A DNA stretch of 64,000 bases from an uncultured delta proteobacterium (GTDB taxonomy: Bacteria; Desulfobacterota; Zymogenia; Zymogenales; Zymogenaceae). A model generated the notes under the pieces. It was not told the DNA's origin. It worked only from the letters and a program-made list of their open reading frames with translations, and did not search any database. The position numbers and the translations under genes were made by a program. Shown here piece by piece: positions 30,587-43,006 of this stretch (position 1 is the stretch's first letter; each line of letters starts with the position of its first letter). The stretch spans positions 224,001 to 288,000 of the forward strand of contig CAWBYW010000016.1 of NCBI GenBank assembly GCA_963792965.1, read 5' to 3'.

Positions 30587-30898
30587 ATGTACGCAGTTAT
30601 CAGGACCGGAGGAAAGCAGTATCGCGTATCCCCGGGAGATACGATCGAGGTCGAGAAGCTTCCGGGGGAGGTCGGCGATCCCGTGGCGATTGCCGATGTC
30701 CTCATGATCGGCTCCGATGAAAAGACCACCATCGGCTCCCCCGTAATAAAGGGGGCCGAGGTTACCGGCACGATCACCGGCCAGTACAGGGGTAAAAAGG
30801 TCACGATCCATAAGTTCAAGAGAAAAACCGGTTACAAGAAAAAAATCGGACATCGGCAGTTCCACACTGAGATCAAGATCGACCAGATAAAGGGATAA
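30587..30898 (+). CDS. rplU: 50S ribosomal protein L21
   Basis: MYAVIRTGGKQY...GHRQ. Confidence 0.98.
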   Translation: MYAVIRTGGKQYRVSPGDTIEVEKLPGEVGDPVAIADVLMIGSDEKTTIGSPVIKGAEVTGTITGQYRGKKVTIHKFKRKTGYKKKIGHRQFHTEIKIDQIKG

Positions 30899-30907
30899 GG
30901 TGACATC

Positions 30908-31168
30908 ATGGCACATAAAAAGGGACAGGGAAGCTCGAGGAATGGCCGTGACAGCGCCGGTCGAAGGCTCGGCGTGAAGCGCTACGGCGGGCAATTCGTT
31001 CAGGCCGGAAACATCCTCGTACGCCAGCGGGGGTCGAAGATCCATCCCGGCGACAACGTCGGCATGGGGAGGGATCATACCCTCTTTGCCCTCGTCGACG
31101 GTGTGGTGACGTACGGGACAAAGGCCAAGGGAAGGAAACAAGCAAGCATTACGCCGGCCGCCTCCTAA
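30908..31168 (+). CDS. rpmA: 50S ribosomal protein L27
   Basis: [16 protein letters not shown]. Confidence 0.98.
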   Translation: MAHKKGQGSSRNGRDSAGRRLGVKRYGGQFVQAGNILVRQRGSKIHPGDNVGMGRDHTLFALVDGVVTYGTKAKGRKQASITPAAS

Positions 31169-31257
31169 GTACGGCGAACGGTCGCACCGCACCTAAAGAC
31201 CCGAAGGGGATAACTCTCCTCGGTCTTCAACGGGAACTCGGGTCTTCTCTATATACC

Positions 31258-31288
31258 AAGGGCAGGTTTTTCCTGCCCTTTCCTTTTT
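31258..31288 (+). terminator. Rho-independent terminator/attenuator before obgE
   Basis: AAGGGCAGG-ttttt-CCTGCCCTT-TCCTTTTT, ending about 11 nt before the obgE ATG. Confidence 0.65.
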
Positions 31289-31290
31289 GA

Positions 31291-32310
<1,020 letters not shown>

Positions 32311-32314
<4 letters not shown>

Positions 32315-33467
32315 GTGCGGCGCTAAAGGAGAACAGCCGTCATACGCGAGCCATATCTTAAGAATACGAAACGGGTCGTGATTAAGATCGGGAGCGGTGT
32401 GCTGACAGCCCGCGAAGGCCTGGACCTCGAAGTCGTCGAGGGCATCGTTACCCAGATCGCCTCGCTCAAGGGCAGGGGGATCGACGTCGTTATCGTGTCC
32501 TCGGGCGCCATTGCGGCGGGCCTCCCCAAGATGGGGTTCGATAAGAAGCCGGCCTCAATCTCTCTCCTGCAGGCGGTCGCCTCCGTCGGCCAGACCTCCC
32601 TCATGCGGGCATATGAGCGCTCATTTGAGCGTTTTTCCATCGTGGTCGGGCAGATGCTCCTCACCCACGAAGACCTGAGGAACCGCCATCGCTTCATCAA
32701 CGCCCGCAATACCATACTCTCGCTCATCGAGCTCGGCATCATACCGATCATCAACGAAAATGACACCGTCGCGGTGGCCGAGATACACCTCGGCGACAAC
32801 GACTATCTGGCCGCCCAGGCGATCAACCTGTGCGGCGCGGACCTTTTCGATCATTCTCACCGATATCGACGGCCTCCATGACAAGGACCCGAGGCTTTTC
32901 CCCGATGCCCGGCTCATCCCGCTGGTCAAGAACATCCGGAGGGAGATCAAGGAGCTGGCAAAAGACACGTCCAGCACCATAGGGAAGGGCGGCATGAGGT
33001 CCAAGATCGATGCCGCGGAAATGGCCTCCGTCATGGGGATCCCGACGGTGATCGCCGGTGGGCGGATCCCGCACGTCATCACGAGGATTTTTGACGGCGA
33101 GAGTGTCGGCACCCTCTTCCTCCCGAGACAGGACGGGCTCACGAGCCGCAAACACTGGATCGCCTACACCCTCAAGGCCAAAGGGAGCGTTACGGTCGAT
33201 ACCGGGGCGGTTGTCGCCCTCTCCAAGAGCGGCACGAGCCTTCTCCCCAAAGGGATCATCGAGGTCACGGGGGATTTTCACATCGGCGACCTGATCTCAG
33301 TGGTGGGTCCCGACGGGGTTGAGTTCGCCCGGGGCCTGGTAAACTACAGCGCCAGGGAGATCGGGCAGATCAAGGGTCTCAACACAAAAAGGATCGAGGA
33401 CACCCTCGGATTTAAATATTCCGACGAGGTGATCCACCGGGATAACCTCGTCCTGTTCGGGAGATAG
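32311..33467 (+). CDS. proB: Glutamate 5-kinase (+1 frameshifts near 32332 and 32848)
   Basis: VIKIGS, VSSGA, INEND, GDND and a C-terminal PUA domain; ATGA overlap with obgE; span = 3n+2. Confidence 0.92.
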
Positions 33468-33536
33468 AGACGCGGCACCCCGGCGGGGCGATTTTCCAGG
33501 AGACCGTGTTCTCACGGTGACTGAGAGATATATCCT

Positions 33537-34796
33537 ATGTCGATAAAAGATAGCGTGCTAAAAACCGCCCGGGCCGCCCGCGAGGCGTCCCGGCGGTTGG
33601 CAAAGACCGATACGAAAACAAAAAACGCCGCGCTCCTTGCCATGGCCGAGGGGATCGAGTCACGGCGCGGCTATCTTGCGTCCGAAAACGAAAAGGACGT
33701 CAAGGCGGGCCTGCAAAAGGGGCTCTCGCCCGCCCTCATCGACCGGCTCACCCTCTCAGGCCCGGTAATCGATTCGATGGCGGCAAGCCTGTGCGAAGTG
33801 GCGGCGCTGCCCGATCCGGTGGGCGAGGTGACGGGCATGTGGCGGCGGCCCAACGGGTTGCTCGTGGGAAGGCAGCGCATCCCGCTGGGGGTTATCGGGA
33901 TCATCTACGAGGCCCGCCCCAACGTCACCGCCGATGCCGCCGGCCTCTGCCTCAAGAGCCGGAAACGCCGTCGTGCTGAGGGGAGGCTCCGAGGCGATCA
34001 ACTCCAACATCGCGGTGGCCTCCGTCCTGACCGAGGCCGCCCAAAAAAGCGGCATACCCGAGGGATCGATCGGCATGATTTCGATAACCGACCACGCCGC
34101 GGTCGATGAGCTCCTCAAACTGGAAGAGTATATCGACGTCATCATACCCCGTGGCGGCGAGGATCTCATCCGCGCGGGTTGTCGAGGTCTCCCGCATACC
34201 CGTCATCAAGCACTACAAGGGCGTCTGCCACGTCTTCGTCGACGAGACGGCCGACCTCGACATGGCCGCTCGATATCATCATCAACGCCAAGACCCAGCG
34301 GCCCGGCGTCTGCAACGCCGCCGAGACCCTCCTCGTCCACAAAAAGGTCGCGGCGAGCTACCTTCCAAAGGCGGCGGCGGCCCTCATCGAGAGGGGAGTG
34401 GAATTGCGCGGCTGTCCCGAAACGAGAAAACTCGTTCCGGAGGCAACCGAGGCGGCCGAGGACGATTGGTACGCGGAATATCTCGATCTGATCCTGGCGG
34501 TGAAGGTGGTCGGGGGCATCGATGAGGCGATCGCCCACATCGAAAAATACGGCTCGCTCCATACCGAATCGATCGTGACGCGGGACGTAAGAAATGCGCG
34601 ACGGTTTACCGACGAAGTCAATTCCTCCTGCGTCTTCGTCAACGCCTCGACCCGCTTTTCGGATGGATTCGAGCTGGGCCTCGGCGCGGAGATCGGCATC
34701 TCCACTACGAAGCTTCACGCCTTCGGGCCGATGGGGCTTTGTGAGCTTACCACCACAAAATTCATCGCATTCGGGGACGGACAGGTCAGGTCATAG
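33537..34796 (+). CDS. proA: Gamma-glutamyl phosphate reductase (three +1 frameshifts near 33960, 34177 and 34268)
   Basis: [34 protein letters not shown] and EIGIST motifs spread across successive frames. Confidence 0.92.
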
Positions 34797-34808
34797 GTGG
34801 GACGTGGG

Positions 34809-35472
34809 ATGAGGAGCATTTCGGGCATCAAGCGGCTCGGGCTTATCGGTGGAACTTTTAATCCCATCCATCTCGGCCACCTCAGGAGCGCCGAGGAAGT
34901 GGCCGACGCGTTCGAGCTCGAGCGCGTCATATTCATCGTCTCGGCGACGCCGCCCCATAAGGGACGACACGGTATTATCGATGTCGAACACCGATACCGG
35001 ATGGTTCGGCGCGCCGTGGAGAAAAATCCGCGGTTTTTCGCCTCCGATCTCGAGATCAAGCGGGGCGGGTAAATCCTACACCGTCGATACCCTGAGATAC
35101 TTCCGAAATCGGCTGGGTCCGGCCGCCGATATCTATTTCATCCTGGGACTGGACGCCTTTCGGGAGATCACGACGTGGAGGGAGTATCGGGAGCTCTTCG
35201 GCCTTGCCCACTTCATCGTGACCGACCGTCCCTTTGAGCATAACAAGGATCCGCAGATGATCCTCCCCCCGGAATTGGCCACGCTTTTTCAGCGGCCCGA
35301 GAAGGGGTATTGTGAGCACGTGAGCGGCATGCGGCTCTATTTTCACGACATAACGGCCCTCGATATTTCGGCGACCATAATCAGGAACCTCGTGAAGCAG
35401 AACAAGTCTATCAGGTATCTCGTCCCCGACACGATACGGCGCTATATCGAACAGAAAGGTCTCTACCGCTGA
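34809..35472 (+). CDS. nadD: Nicotinate-nucleotide adenylyltransferase (+1 frameshift near 35067)
   Basis: GGTFNPIHLGH, SYTVDTL and ISAT.IR motifs. Confidence 0.92.
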
Positions 35473-35486
35473 AAGACACGACGAAA

Positions 35487-35852
35487 TTGGGTCCGGAATC
35501 GTTTGTCCCGGTGGTCCTGGAACGGAAGGTTAAGGACCTCATCGTCCTTGACGTACGCACATTCTCCAGCTTCACCGACTACATCATTATCATGACGGGC
35601 ACCTCCGACCTTCACGTGATCCGGACTGCGCAATATATACAGGAGAAGCTCCAGGAAAAGGACATCCGCCCGCTCGGCGTCGAGGGGATAGCCGAAGGAC
35701 GGTGGGTCCTCCTCGATTACGGCGAGGTGGTCATCCACATCTTCCTGGAGACGGTCAGGCTCTTTTACGACCTCGAGGGCCTCTGGCACGACGTCCCGAA
35801 AAAAAGGTACGACGAAGAGGGCAGGGTCGTTGCCGGCGACCACCGCAGATAG
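35487..35852 (+). CDS. rsfS: Ribosome silencing factor
   Basis: WVLLDYGEVVIHIF...R.FYDLE.LW; canonical position after nadD. Confidence 0.92.
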   Translation: MGPESFVPVVLERKVKDLIVLDVRTFSSFTDYIIIMTGTSDLHVIRTAQYIQEKLQEKDIRPLGVEGIAEGRWVLLDYGEVVIHIFLETVRLFYDLEGLWHDVPKKRYDEEGRVVAGDHRR

Positions 35853-36132
35853 GGCCGCCATATCCCTCTTTATCGTGCCTGACATCGGAGAAATGATATA
35901 CGGCCCGGAGAGCGTTGACTGCTTGGTGGCGCCGATCATCAAAAAGGCGTGCCGTCGTCTTTCCCCTCAAGCGAGGCAACGCGCCAACCCGGCGCGATGG
36001 GGCGCCCAACGGTTTGAGCTTCACAGACGGGCTCGGGAGAATCCTGCCAAATAGGATCTTCCGATTTTCAATTTCAGTTTGAGCTACGATTCGTGCGCGT
36101 ACCTTCATCGTCGCACGGTCTCGGTGACCGAC

Positions 36133-37673
36133 ATGGTAAAAAAAGGGATTCTCCTCATCATCATGGATGGATGGGGGATTCGAAAAGAGACCGATTTCAA
36201 CGCCATCGCCCAGGCGGACACCCCCGTTATCGATCATCTCATGGAGCACTATCCCTCGACTCTTCTTTCGGCAAGCGGACAGGCCGTGGGACTCCCCGAT
36301 GGACAGATGGGCAACAGCGAGGTCGGTCACCTGAACCTCGGCGCCGGCAGGGTCGTCTATCAGGATTACACCAGGATAAACAAGGCCGTCGCCGACGGGG
36401 ACTTTTCTAAGAATGGGGCGCTCCTTGCCCTTTTTGACTCGGTGAAAAAGAGCGGCGGCGCGCTCCACCTGATGGGACTCCTCTCCGACGGCGGTGTCCA
36501 CAGCCACATCAGCCATATCTTCGCCGCCGCAAGCGCGGCAAAAGAAAACGGGATAGATCGACTCTTTTTTCACGCCCTCCTCGACGGCCGGGATACCCCT
36601 CCCACCAGCGGGGCGGGATATATGCAAGAGCTCGTCGCCTTCCTGGCGAAGATCGGCACGGGCCGGGTGGCAAGCCTTCAGGGTCGTTTTTTCGGCATGG
36701 ACCGCGACAAGCGCTGGGAGCGCGTCAGGCAGGGCTTTGAGGCCGTCGTGCTCGGAAAGGGAGATACCGCCGCCGAGCCGGTGGCCGCGATCCGGGCCGC
36801 CTATGCGAGGGGCCAGACCGATGAATTCATCACCCCCACGGTGATTATGGATGGCGGCGGTCCGGTCGGCGTCGTGAATGACGGCGACGGCGTCTTTTTC
36901 ATCAATTTCCGGGCCGACCGGGCCAGGGAGATCACGCGGGCAATCGCGCTGCCCGATTTTACCGAGTTTGCCCGGGAAAAGGCGCCGAGCCTGTCCGGAT
37001 ACCTCACCATGACCCAGTACGATGAGACATTTCCGTTTCCGGTCGCCTTTCCTCCCCAGACGCTGAAAAAGATCCTCGGCGAGCTCTGTGCCGACCGGGG
37101 AGAGCCGCAGCTCAGGATCGCCGAGACCGAAAAATATGCGCACGTGACCTTCTTTTTCTCCGGCGGCGAGGAGCGGCTCTTTCCCAAGGGAAGACCGCAT
37201 CCTTGTTCCCTCGCCGAAGGACGTCCCAACCTATGATAAGAAAGCCCGAGATGAGCGCCTATGAGCTCACCGACCGCCTCGTAGCCGAGATACGGAAATC
37301 TCTGTACGGGCTCATCGTGCTGAACTATGCCAATCCTGACATGGTGGGGCACACCGGCGTCATGGAGGCGGCGGTGAAAGCCGTCGAGACGGTGGACAGG
37401 TGCGTCGGCCGGGTCGTCGACGAGGCAAAACGGGCGGGCTATTCGGTCCTGATCACCGCCGATCACGGCAACGCAGAGGAGATGTGGGACTATAAGAACA
37501 ACGAGCCACATACCGCCCACACCACCAACCCTGTCCCCCTGATACTGGTCGACGATGACTACGCCAAACGGTCGCTTGCCGAGGGCATACTTGCCGATGT
37601 CGCGCCGACGATCATCATGATCCTTGGGGCGCACAAGCCCGAAGAGATGACGGGAAGGTCCCTGATCATATGA
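36133..37673 (+). CDS. gpmI: 2,3-bisphosphoglycerate-independent phosphoglycerate mutase (+1 frameshifts near 37189 and 37241)
   Basis: DGWG, MGNSEVGH, AETEKYAHVTFF, NPDMVGH and TADHGN motifs; span = 3n+2. Confidence 0.93.
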
Positions 37674-37699
37674 ATAAGTCCTTTTCTTAGGAACGGTCC

Positions 37700-40537
37700 G
37701 TGAGCAAAGAAGTGAATACGGGCGGTGACGTACCTCAGGAGATATCGGCCCTCACCGATGAGCTGGCCCGGGCGCGGCGAGAGATTGAAGACTACAAGCT
37801 CATCAATGAGAAGCTTATCGATGTGATGCTGGATCCGGCCGATATTGTCAACGAGACGTACGACATCGTGTTTCAAAACAGCGCCTCCGTCCGGACGTTC
37901 GGGCGTGCCGGCTCAAAAAAGTGCTATGAGTTTTATCGCCGCAGCGACTCCCCCTGCCCCTGGTGTACCGCCGTCAAATCGATCCGGGAAAAGAAGAGCT
38001 TCCATCGGGAGGTCACGCTCGATGACGGGACCTTTCTCGAGATCCATTCGATCCCCCTCCCCATGCCTGGCGGCGGCACAGTGAGCCTCGAGGTCGCCAG
38101 GGATGTCACGAAGAGTAAGAAAAGCGAGTTCGAGATCAGAGATCAGACCAGGAAGCTTGAGGTCCTCAACCAAATAATCCTGTCGGCCAACCGCGCCGAA
38201 GACCTTCCGTCGCTGCTGGAGGAAATCCTCATCTCCACAATTAAGCTCATGGGCCTGGACAGCGGCGGTGTCTATCTCGTCAACGAGAGCTCCGACTTTG
38301 CCGAGATCGTCGCGAGCTCCGGGCTGTCGGAAGAAATGCTGGCCGACCTCAAAAAGGTGAGAATTTCCGAGGCTCCGTTTGACATCGTCTTCCTTAAGAA
38401 AGAGACGCTGGTCTTCAACAACCACGAGGCCTTCTCCTCACACATGACGTCCCGTCCCGAGATCCGGTCGCTGGCCGGTATTCCCCTCCTTTCAAAGGAC
38501 CGCGTGATCGGCGCCCTGAACGTCGGCAGCAACAGGGAGGGATTCTTCACGGACCAGGTCAGGGACATCCTCTCGTCGATCGGGCGCGAGATCGGCACCG
38601 TCGTCGCCAGGATGCGCGCCGAGGCGGCGCTCAAAGAGCGGGAGGAGAAATGGAGGAGCCTCTTTGAGAACTCCATCGAGTCGGTCTTTACCGTGGATCT
38701 CTACGGCAATATCACGGCCGCCAACGCGGCCCTGGCCCAGATGTCGGGATATTTGAGGGAGGAGCTCATTGGGTCGAACTTCGCCAAGTATTGCGCCCCC
38801 GAAACGGCCGATGATATCTATAGAAACTATAACACACTTTTCAAATCCGGCGTCCCGATTAACAGCTTCTGTTATACCATGCTCAGAAAAGACGGCCGTG
38901 AGCGAATGGTCGAGGGCTACGTGACCATGTTGAGACACCGCGATCGAATCGTCGGGTTTCAGGGAACCCTCAGGGACATCACCGAGCGGCTCCGGGCAGA
39001 GGAAGCCCTCGCCGAGGAGAAGGAGCGACTGGCCGTGACACTGCGCAGCATCGGCGACGGTGTCATCACCACCGATATCGAGGGCAACGTCGTCCTCATA
39101 AATCGCGCGGCGGAGCTTCTGACCGGGTTCGGTCAGAGCGAGGCGGCCGGCCTGCCCATTGAGACAGTATTTCACATCATCAATGAACAAACCCGCAAGC
39201 CCTGCGATAACCCCGCGCAAAAAATCATCGACAGCGCCGGGATGATCGAGCTGGATACCGACACGGTGCTCATCGCCAGAGACGGGACCGAAAGGATCAT
39301 CGCGGACAGCGGATCACCCATCAAGGACAGGAGCAGCAATATCATCGGCGTCGTGCTGGTCTTTCGCGACGTAACCGAAAAGAAGAAAATCGACGACGAG
39401 CTCAGAAAAACCCAGAAGCTCGAATCCCTCGGGACGCTGGCCGGAGGGATTGCCCACGACTATAACAATATACTCACCGCCATCCTTGCCAACATCTCGC
39501 TGGCAAAGATGTACGCTCAAAAGGGCGACAAGGTCTCAGATCGCCTGGACAAAATGGAGAATGCCGCAATCATGGCAAGCCGCCTCACGCAGCAGCTCCT
39601 CACCTTCTCCCGCGGCGGCGCCCCCGTCAAGGAGCTGATCTCGATCGGTGAGCTCATCAAAGACTCGACGAGCTTTGCCCTCGGCGGCACCAACGTGAGG
39701 TGCGAGTTTCAGATCGAGCAAGACCTCTGGCCCGTCAGCGCCGACGTGGGACAGATCAGCCAGGTCATCAACAACATCGTCATCAATGCGCACCAGGCCA
39801 TGCCGTCGGGCGGCTCGGTCCGGGTGGGCGCGCGGAACGTCACGATCACCGACCAGGACCCCTTTCCGATACCGGTGGGGCGCTACCTGCTGCTTTCCAT
39901 CGCCGATGAGGGGGTCGGGATATCGCCGAAAAATCTCGACAAGATATTCGACCCCTTTTTTACCACCAAACAAAAGGGAAGCGGCTTGGGGCTCTCCATA
40001 TCCTACTCGATCGTGAAGAACCACGACGGGCATATCGTCGTCCAGTCGAAAGAAGGCCACGGGACCACCTTTCATATCTATCTGCCCGCCTCCGACGGGA
40101 GGCAGGCCGAAAAGGCGGCGGACCTCAAGAAGCCCTTGACGGGCCGGGGAAAGATCCTCGTGATGGACGATGAGGCAGGCGTCAGGGATGTCGTGTCGAT
40201 GATGCTGGGGACCCTCGGCTACGAGACCGAAACGGCCCAGGAAGGGCAGGTGGCCGTCGAGCTATTCGAGAAGGCGGCCCGGGCCCGGCGGCCCTTTGAC
40301 CTCGTCATTATGGATCTGACCATAAAGGGAGGTATGGGCGGGCTGGAGACACTGGAGAGGCTGCAACGGATCGATCCTTCCGTCAGGGCGGTCGTGTCCA
40401 GCGGCTATTCCAACGACCCGATCATGGCCGACTTCCGCCGGCATGGGTTTGTCGGGGTGCTGGCAAAGCCCTATAAGATCACCACGCTCAGCGAGCTGCT
40501 CGACAGGATCCTCGAACGCGGGCAAACCGACAGCTGA
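37700..40537 (+). CDS. Hybrid sensor histidine kinase (PAS-GAF-PAS-PAS-HisKA-HATPase-REC), cytoplasmic
   Basis: AHDYNN, FDPFFTTK, GSGLGL and REC (MDDE, IMD, KPY); Cys-rich first PAS (CYE...CPWC). Confidence 0.92.
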   Translation: MSKEVNTGGDVPQEISALTDELARARREIEDYKLINEKLIDVMLDPADIVNETYDIVFQNSASVRTFGRAGSKKCYEFYRRSDSPCPWCTAVKSIREKKSFHREVTLDDGTFLEIHSIPLPMPGGGTVSLEVARDVTKSKKSEFEIRDQTRKLEVLNQIILSANRAEDLPSLLEEILISTIKLMGLDSGGVYLVNESSDFAEIVASSGLSEEMLADLKKVRISEAPFDIVFLKKETLVFNNHEAFSSHMTSRPEIRSLAGIPLLSKDRVIGALNVGSNREGFFTDQVRDILSSIGREIGTVVARMRAEAALKEREEKWRSLFENSIESVFTVDLYGNITAANAALAQMSGYLREELIGSNFAKYCAPETADDIYRNYNTLFKSGVPINSFCYTMLRKDGRERMVEGYVTMLRHRDRIVGFQGTLRDITERLRAEEALAEEKERLAVTLRSIGDGVITTDIEGNVVLINRAAELLTGFGQSEAAGLPIETVFHIINEQTRKPCDNPAQKIIDSAGMIELDTDTVLIARDGTERIIADSGSPIKDRSSNIIGVVLVFRDVTEKKKIDDELRKTQKLESLGTLAGGIAHDYNNILTAILANISLAKMYAQKGDKVSDRLDKMENAAIMASRLTQQLLTFSRGGAPVKELISIGELIKDSTSFALGGTNVRCEFQIEQDLWPVSADVGQISQVINNIVINAHQAMPSGGSVRVGARNVTITDQDPFPIPVGRYLLLSIADEGVGISPKNLDKIFDPFFTTKQKGSGLGLSISYSIVKNHDGHIVVQSKEGHGTTFHIYLPASDGRQAEKAADLKKPLTGRGKILVMDDEAGVRDVVSMMLGTLGYETETAQEGQVAVELFEKAARARRPFDLVIMDLTIKGGMGGLETLERLQRIDPSVRAVVSSGYSNDPIMADFRRHGFVGVLAKPYKITTLSELLDRILERGQTDS

Positions 40538-40696
40538 GCCCGAACCCGCCACATTCTTCCCGACGAACCTGAAACGGTATCGCGATAAGCCCCGCTCGGG
40601 GGAGAACGGCGGTGGTGCGCCCTGCGCCCTATACCGACGTGAGCCCTGCATAGTGTGATCCAAGGTCGATGGGGGGGAAGGTTTCACACAGAGGAT

Positions 40697-41395
40697 TTAG
40701 CGATCGGCGTAGCGGTCGAGATATCCGTTGATGTAGGCAATGGCCCGCTCTTTCGGCTGATAGACCCCGAAATGCCCTTCGCAGAGGATATCGGGTGCCA
40801 GCGCGACGAGTTCCTCCATCGAGGAGCGCCATTGGTCGATGTCCGAGCCGAATATCTCCATGAACGGGCCGTGGACATCCTGTGCGAAGAGGATTCGCTT
40901 TCCTCCGAGGTCAATCCAGGGTGAGATGGAGCCGGGCGTATGTCCGGGGGTGTGGAGCAACACGAGAGTATCGCCCCCGATTTCGATGCGGTGTTCGTGC
41001 CGGGCAAACGTCACGTCCACCGTGGTGGGACGAAAGTTCACGCCGTACATCCGCGCGGCGGTCGCCGTGCCGTCTCCCGACCGCACGGCCGCGGCGTCGA
41101 GCTCGTGCATGATAAGCGCCACGCCATATTTTTTCTTGAGATAGGGCGCGCCCCCGATGTGATCGATATGATTGTGGGTAAGCACAACCTTCTTGATCTC
41201 CCTCGGGTCGACGCCCGCCGTCCGGATATTTTCGAGGATTTCTTCGATGGAGTCACCCGCGCCCGTATCGACGAGGATGGGCTCTGAAAGGACCAGCAGG
41301 AAGGCCGAGGCGTCCCCGCCCCCGGTCACATCGTCGCCCGCGACCATATAGACCTTGTCGGAGATCATCAGGTCTTCTTTTCGGTAGCGTGCCAT
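40697..41395 (-). CDS. Metallo-beta-lactamase-fold hydrolase
   Basis: VDTG, THNHIDH, TPGHTPGS and CEGH motifs. Confidence 0.88.
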   Translation of the reverse strand: MARYRKEDLMISDKVYMVAGDDVTGGGDASAFLLVLSEPILVDTGAGDSIEEILENIRTAGVDPREIKKVVLTHNHIDHIGGAPYLKKKYGVALIMHELDAAAVRSGDGTATAARMYGVNFRPTTVDVTFARHEHRIEIGGDTLVLLHTPGHTPGSISPWIDLGGKRILFAQDVHGPFMEIFGSDIDQWRSSMEELVALAPDILCEGHFGVYQPKERAIAYINGYLDRYADR

Positions 41396-41436
41396 AGCTA
41401 TTCGGTTTCCGTCCCTCGGGGCCGCGGTCTCCCCGA

Positions 41437-41928
41437 TCAGTGGGTTGCGCGCGCCAACACGGGGTACTCCTTCAGAATTTCCTCAATCCCGCGGATGAAG
41501 AGGTCCAGCGCCTGAAACTCAAGGTCCATCTCCAGGGCGCTCGAGGCGACGCCCTCGTCGGTAAAGATATTGATCTCGACCCGTCCGACGATATCTTCCT
41601 CTCCCGGCTCCGGCGCCTGCAGATTTATGTAGATGACGGGCTCCCGAAAGGAAGACTCGACGTTGATCACGTGCCCCATGGAAAAGCTCCTGAGCTCCAG
41701 CAGAAAGGCCTCAAGCTCGTCGACCCTGATGCACGGATCGGTTATCTCCGCCTTCAGTCCCTTCATCGCCAGTGAGGCCGAAAAGAGGATCCAGTTTCCA
41801 TCCCAGTAATCATTGATGTCGGGAAATTCTCTTCCGACCGCCTGAAGGAGAAATGAGGCGGATCGATTCTTGAAGACGAGACGCGCACTCGGTAGGTTCC
41901 GGATCGGTGTTTTCAATAATGATACCAT
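41437..41928 (-). CDS. Hypothetical protein, possibly WapI-like immunity family
   Basis: FP...DYWDGNWI...EL..FL.EL...F.EP...LKEYPV pattern; family assignment from recall only. Confidence 0.5.
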   Translation of the reverse strand: MVSLLKTPIRNLPSARLVFKNRSASFLLQAVGREFPDINDYWDGNWILFSASLAMKGLKAEITDPCIRVDELEAFLLELRSFSMGHVINVESSFREPVIYINLQAPEPGEEDIVGRVEINIFTDEGVASSALEMDLEFQALDLFIRGIEEILKEYPVLARATH

Positions 41929-41987
41929 ATGAAGACGGGGGGCCGTCGGCCCCCCGCCGTTTCACTCGTGACTATCGGACGTCTGGG

Positions 41988-42668
41988 TTACGCCTTGGGC
42001 TTTGCCGCGGCCCCAAACGCCCCGGAGCAGGCCATGCCGAACAGGGTCATGAAGACGAGAATGAGGTAGAACAGGGCCAGGACGTAGATGAGCCATCCGA
42101 TGATGGGGATCATCATAATGATACCTAAGACGATGAAGACACCGATGCCGATTACGACCACCAGGATGTAGTCGCCGATCACCTTGAAGATGTTCCCGAT
42201 GATTTCGCCGAACTTGAAGATCGACCCGAAATCCTCCTTATTCTTGGCGTAGACAGCCAAGACCATGGGGAGCATCAAATAGGCTATGATGGCCAGGACG
42301 CCGCCGACGAATGCCAAGAGCCCGCCGATGGCATAGAGGCCGACCGCCGAGGTGCCCATTGCGCTGTTGATGGCAGCTTTGGAGAATAGGCCCATGCCGA
42401 TGGCAAGAAGCACGATGGGGATGATGACATAAATAATCCCAATGACTGCGACCAGAAGGCCCTGGACAAAGTAACCACCCCAGTCGTCCCACTCGGGGAG
42501 GGCCGGCTCTTCACTGTTGAGGGTCTTCTTGAAGACTTTGTAGGCATACCCGACGGAAAAGAAATTAACGATCGGGATGATGCCTAAAACCGTCCCGATG
42601 ATGAGCTTGACCACCCAATTCTGGTCGCTGAACGGAAACTTAAAGCCCTTAGCAATATCTAAAGCCAT
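41988..42668 (-). CDS. DUF4013 family membrane protein
   Basis: FPF.D..W..K.IIG, IPIVNFF..GY and LPEWDDWG motifs; AAGGAGGT RBS. Confidence 0.85.
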   Translation of the reverse strand: MALDIAKGFKFPFSDQNWVVKLIIGTVLGIIPIVNFFSVGYAYKVFKKTLNSEEPALPEWDDWGGYFVQGLLVAVIGIIYVIIPIVLLAIGMGLFSKAAINSAMGTSAVGLYAIGGLLAFVGGVLAIIAYLMLPMVLAVYAKNKEDFGSIFKFGEIIGNIFKVIGDYILVVVIGIGVFIVLGIIMMIPIIGWLIYVLALFYLILVFMTLFGMACSGAFGAAAKPKA

Positions 42669-42751
42669 AGTTTACCTCCTTGTAATAAATCTGCCATTAG
42701 TATACCATAGTTTTCTTTTTTTGAAGTATAAAATAAACTGCCTTAAAAGGA

Positions 42752-42770
42752 GGTGATATAAATCACATTT
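42752..42770. promoter_or_regulatory. CRP/FNR-family-like binding site
   Basis: GGTGA-TATAAA-TCACA-TTT compared with consensus TGTGA-N6-TCACA. Confidence 0.5.
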
Positions 42771-43006
42771 CAGCGGGTGGCGTTCTTTATCTGATTCCGG
42801 CCGGTCCAAAGCGGTAGTTTCAACCTTAAATGACCGTAACACACGGGACTTCTGTCGTATTCATCGGCGCAGCCATCAGCAAGCCGAGTGGCATTGCATC
42901 TTACTTCTTGCCTATTTTCATGGAGCAAGGATCTACGCCGGTGACCCCAAAACTTCCTTTACGGAGGTTCCGGTTTCATGATATTAAGAAGAGGGAGGTT
43001 GCACCC

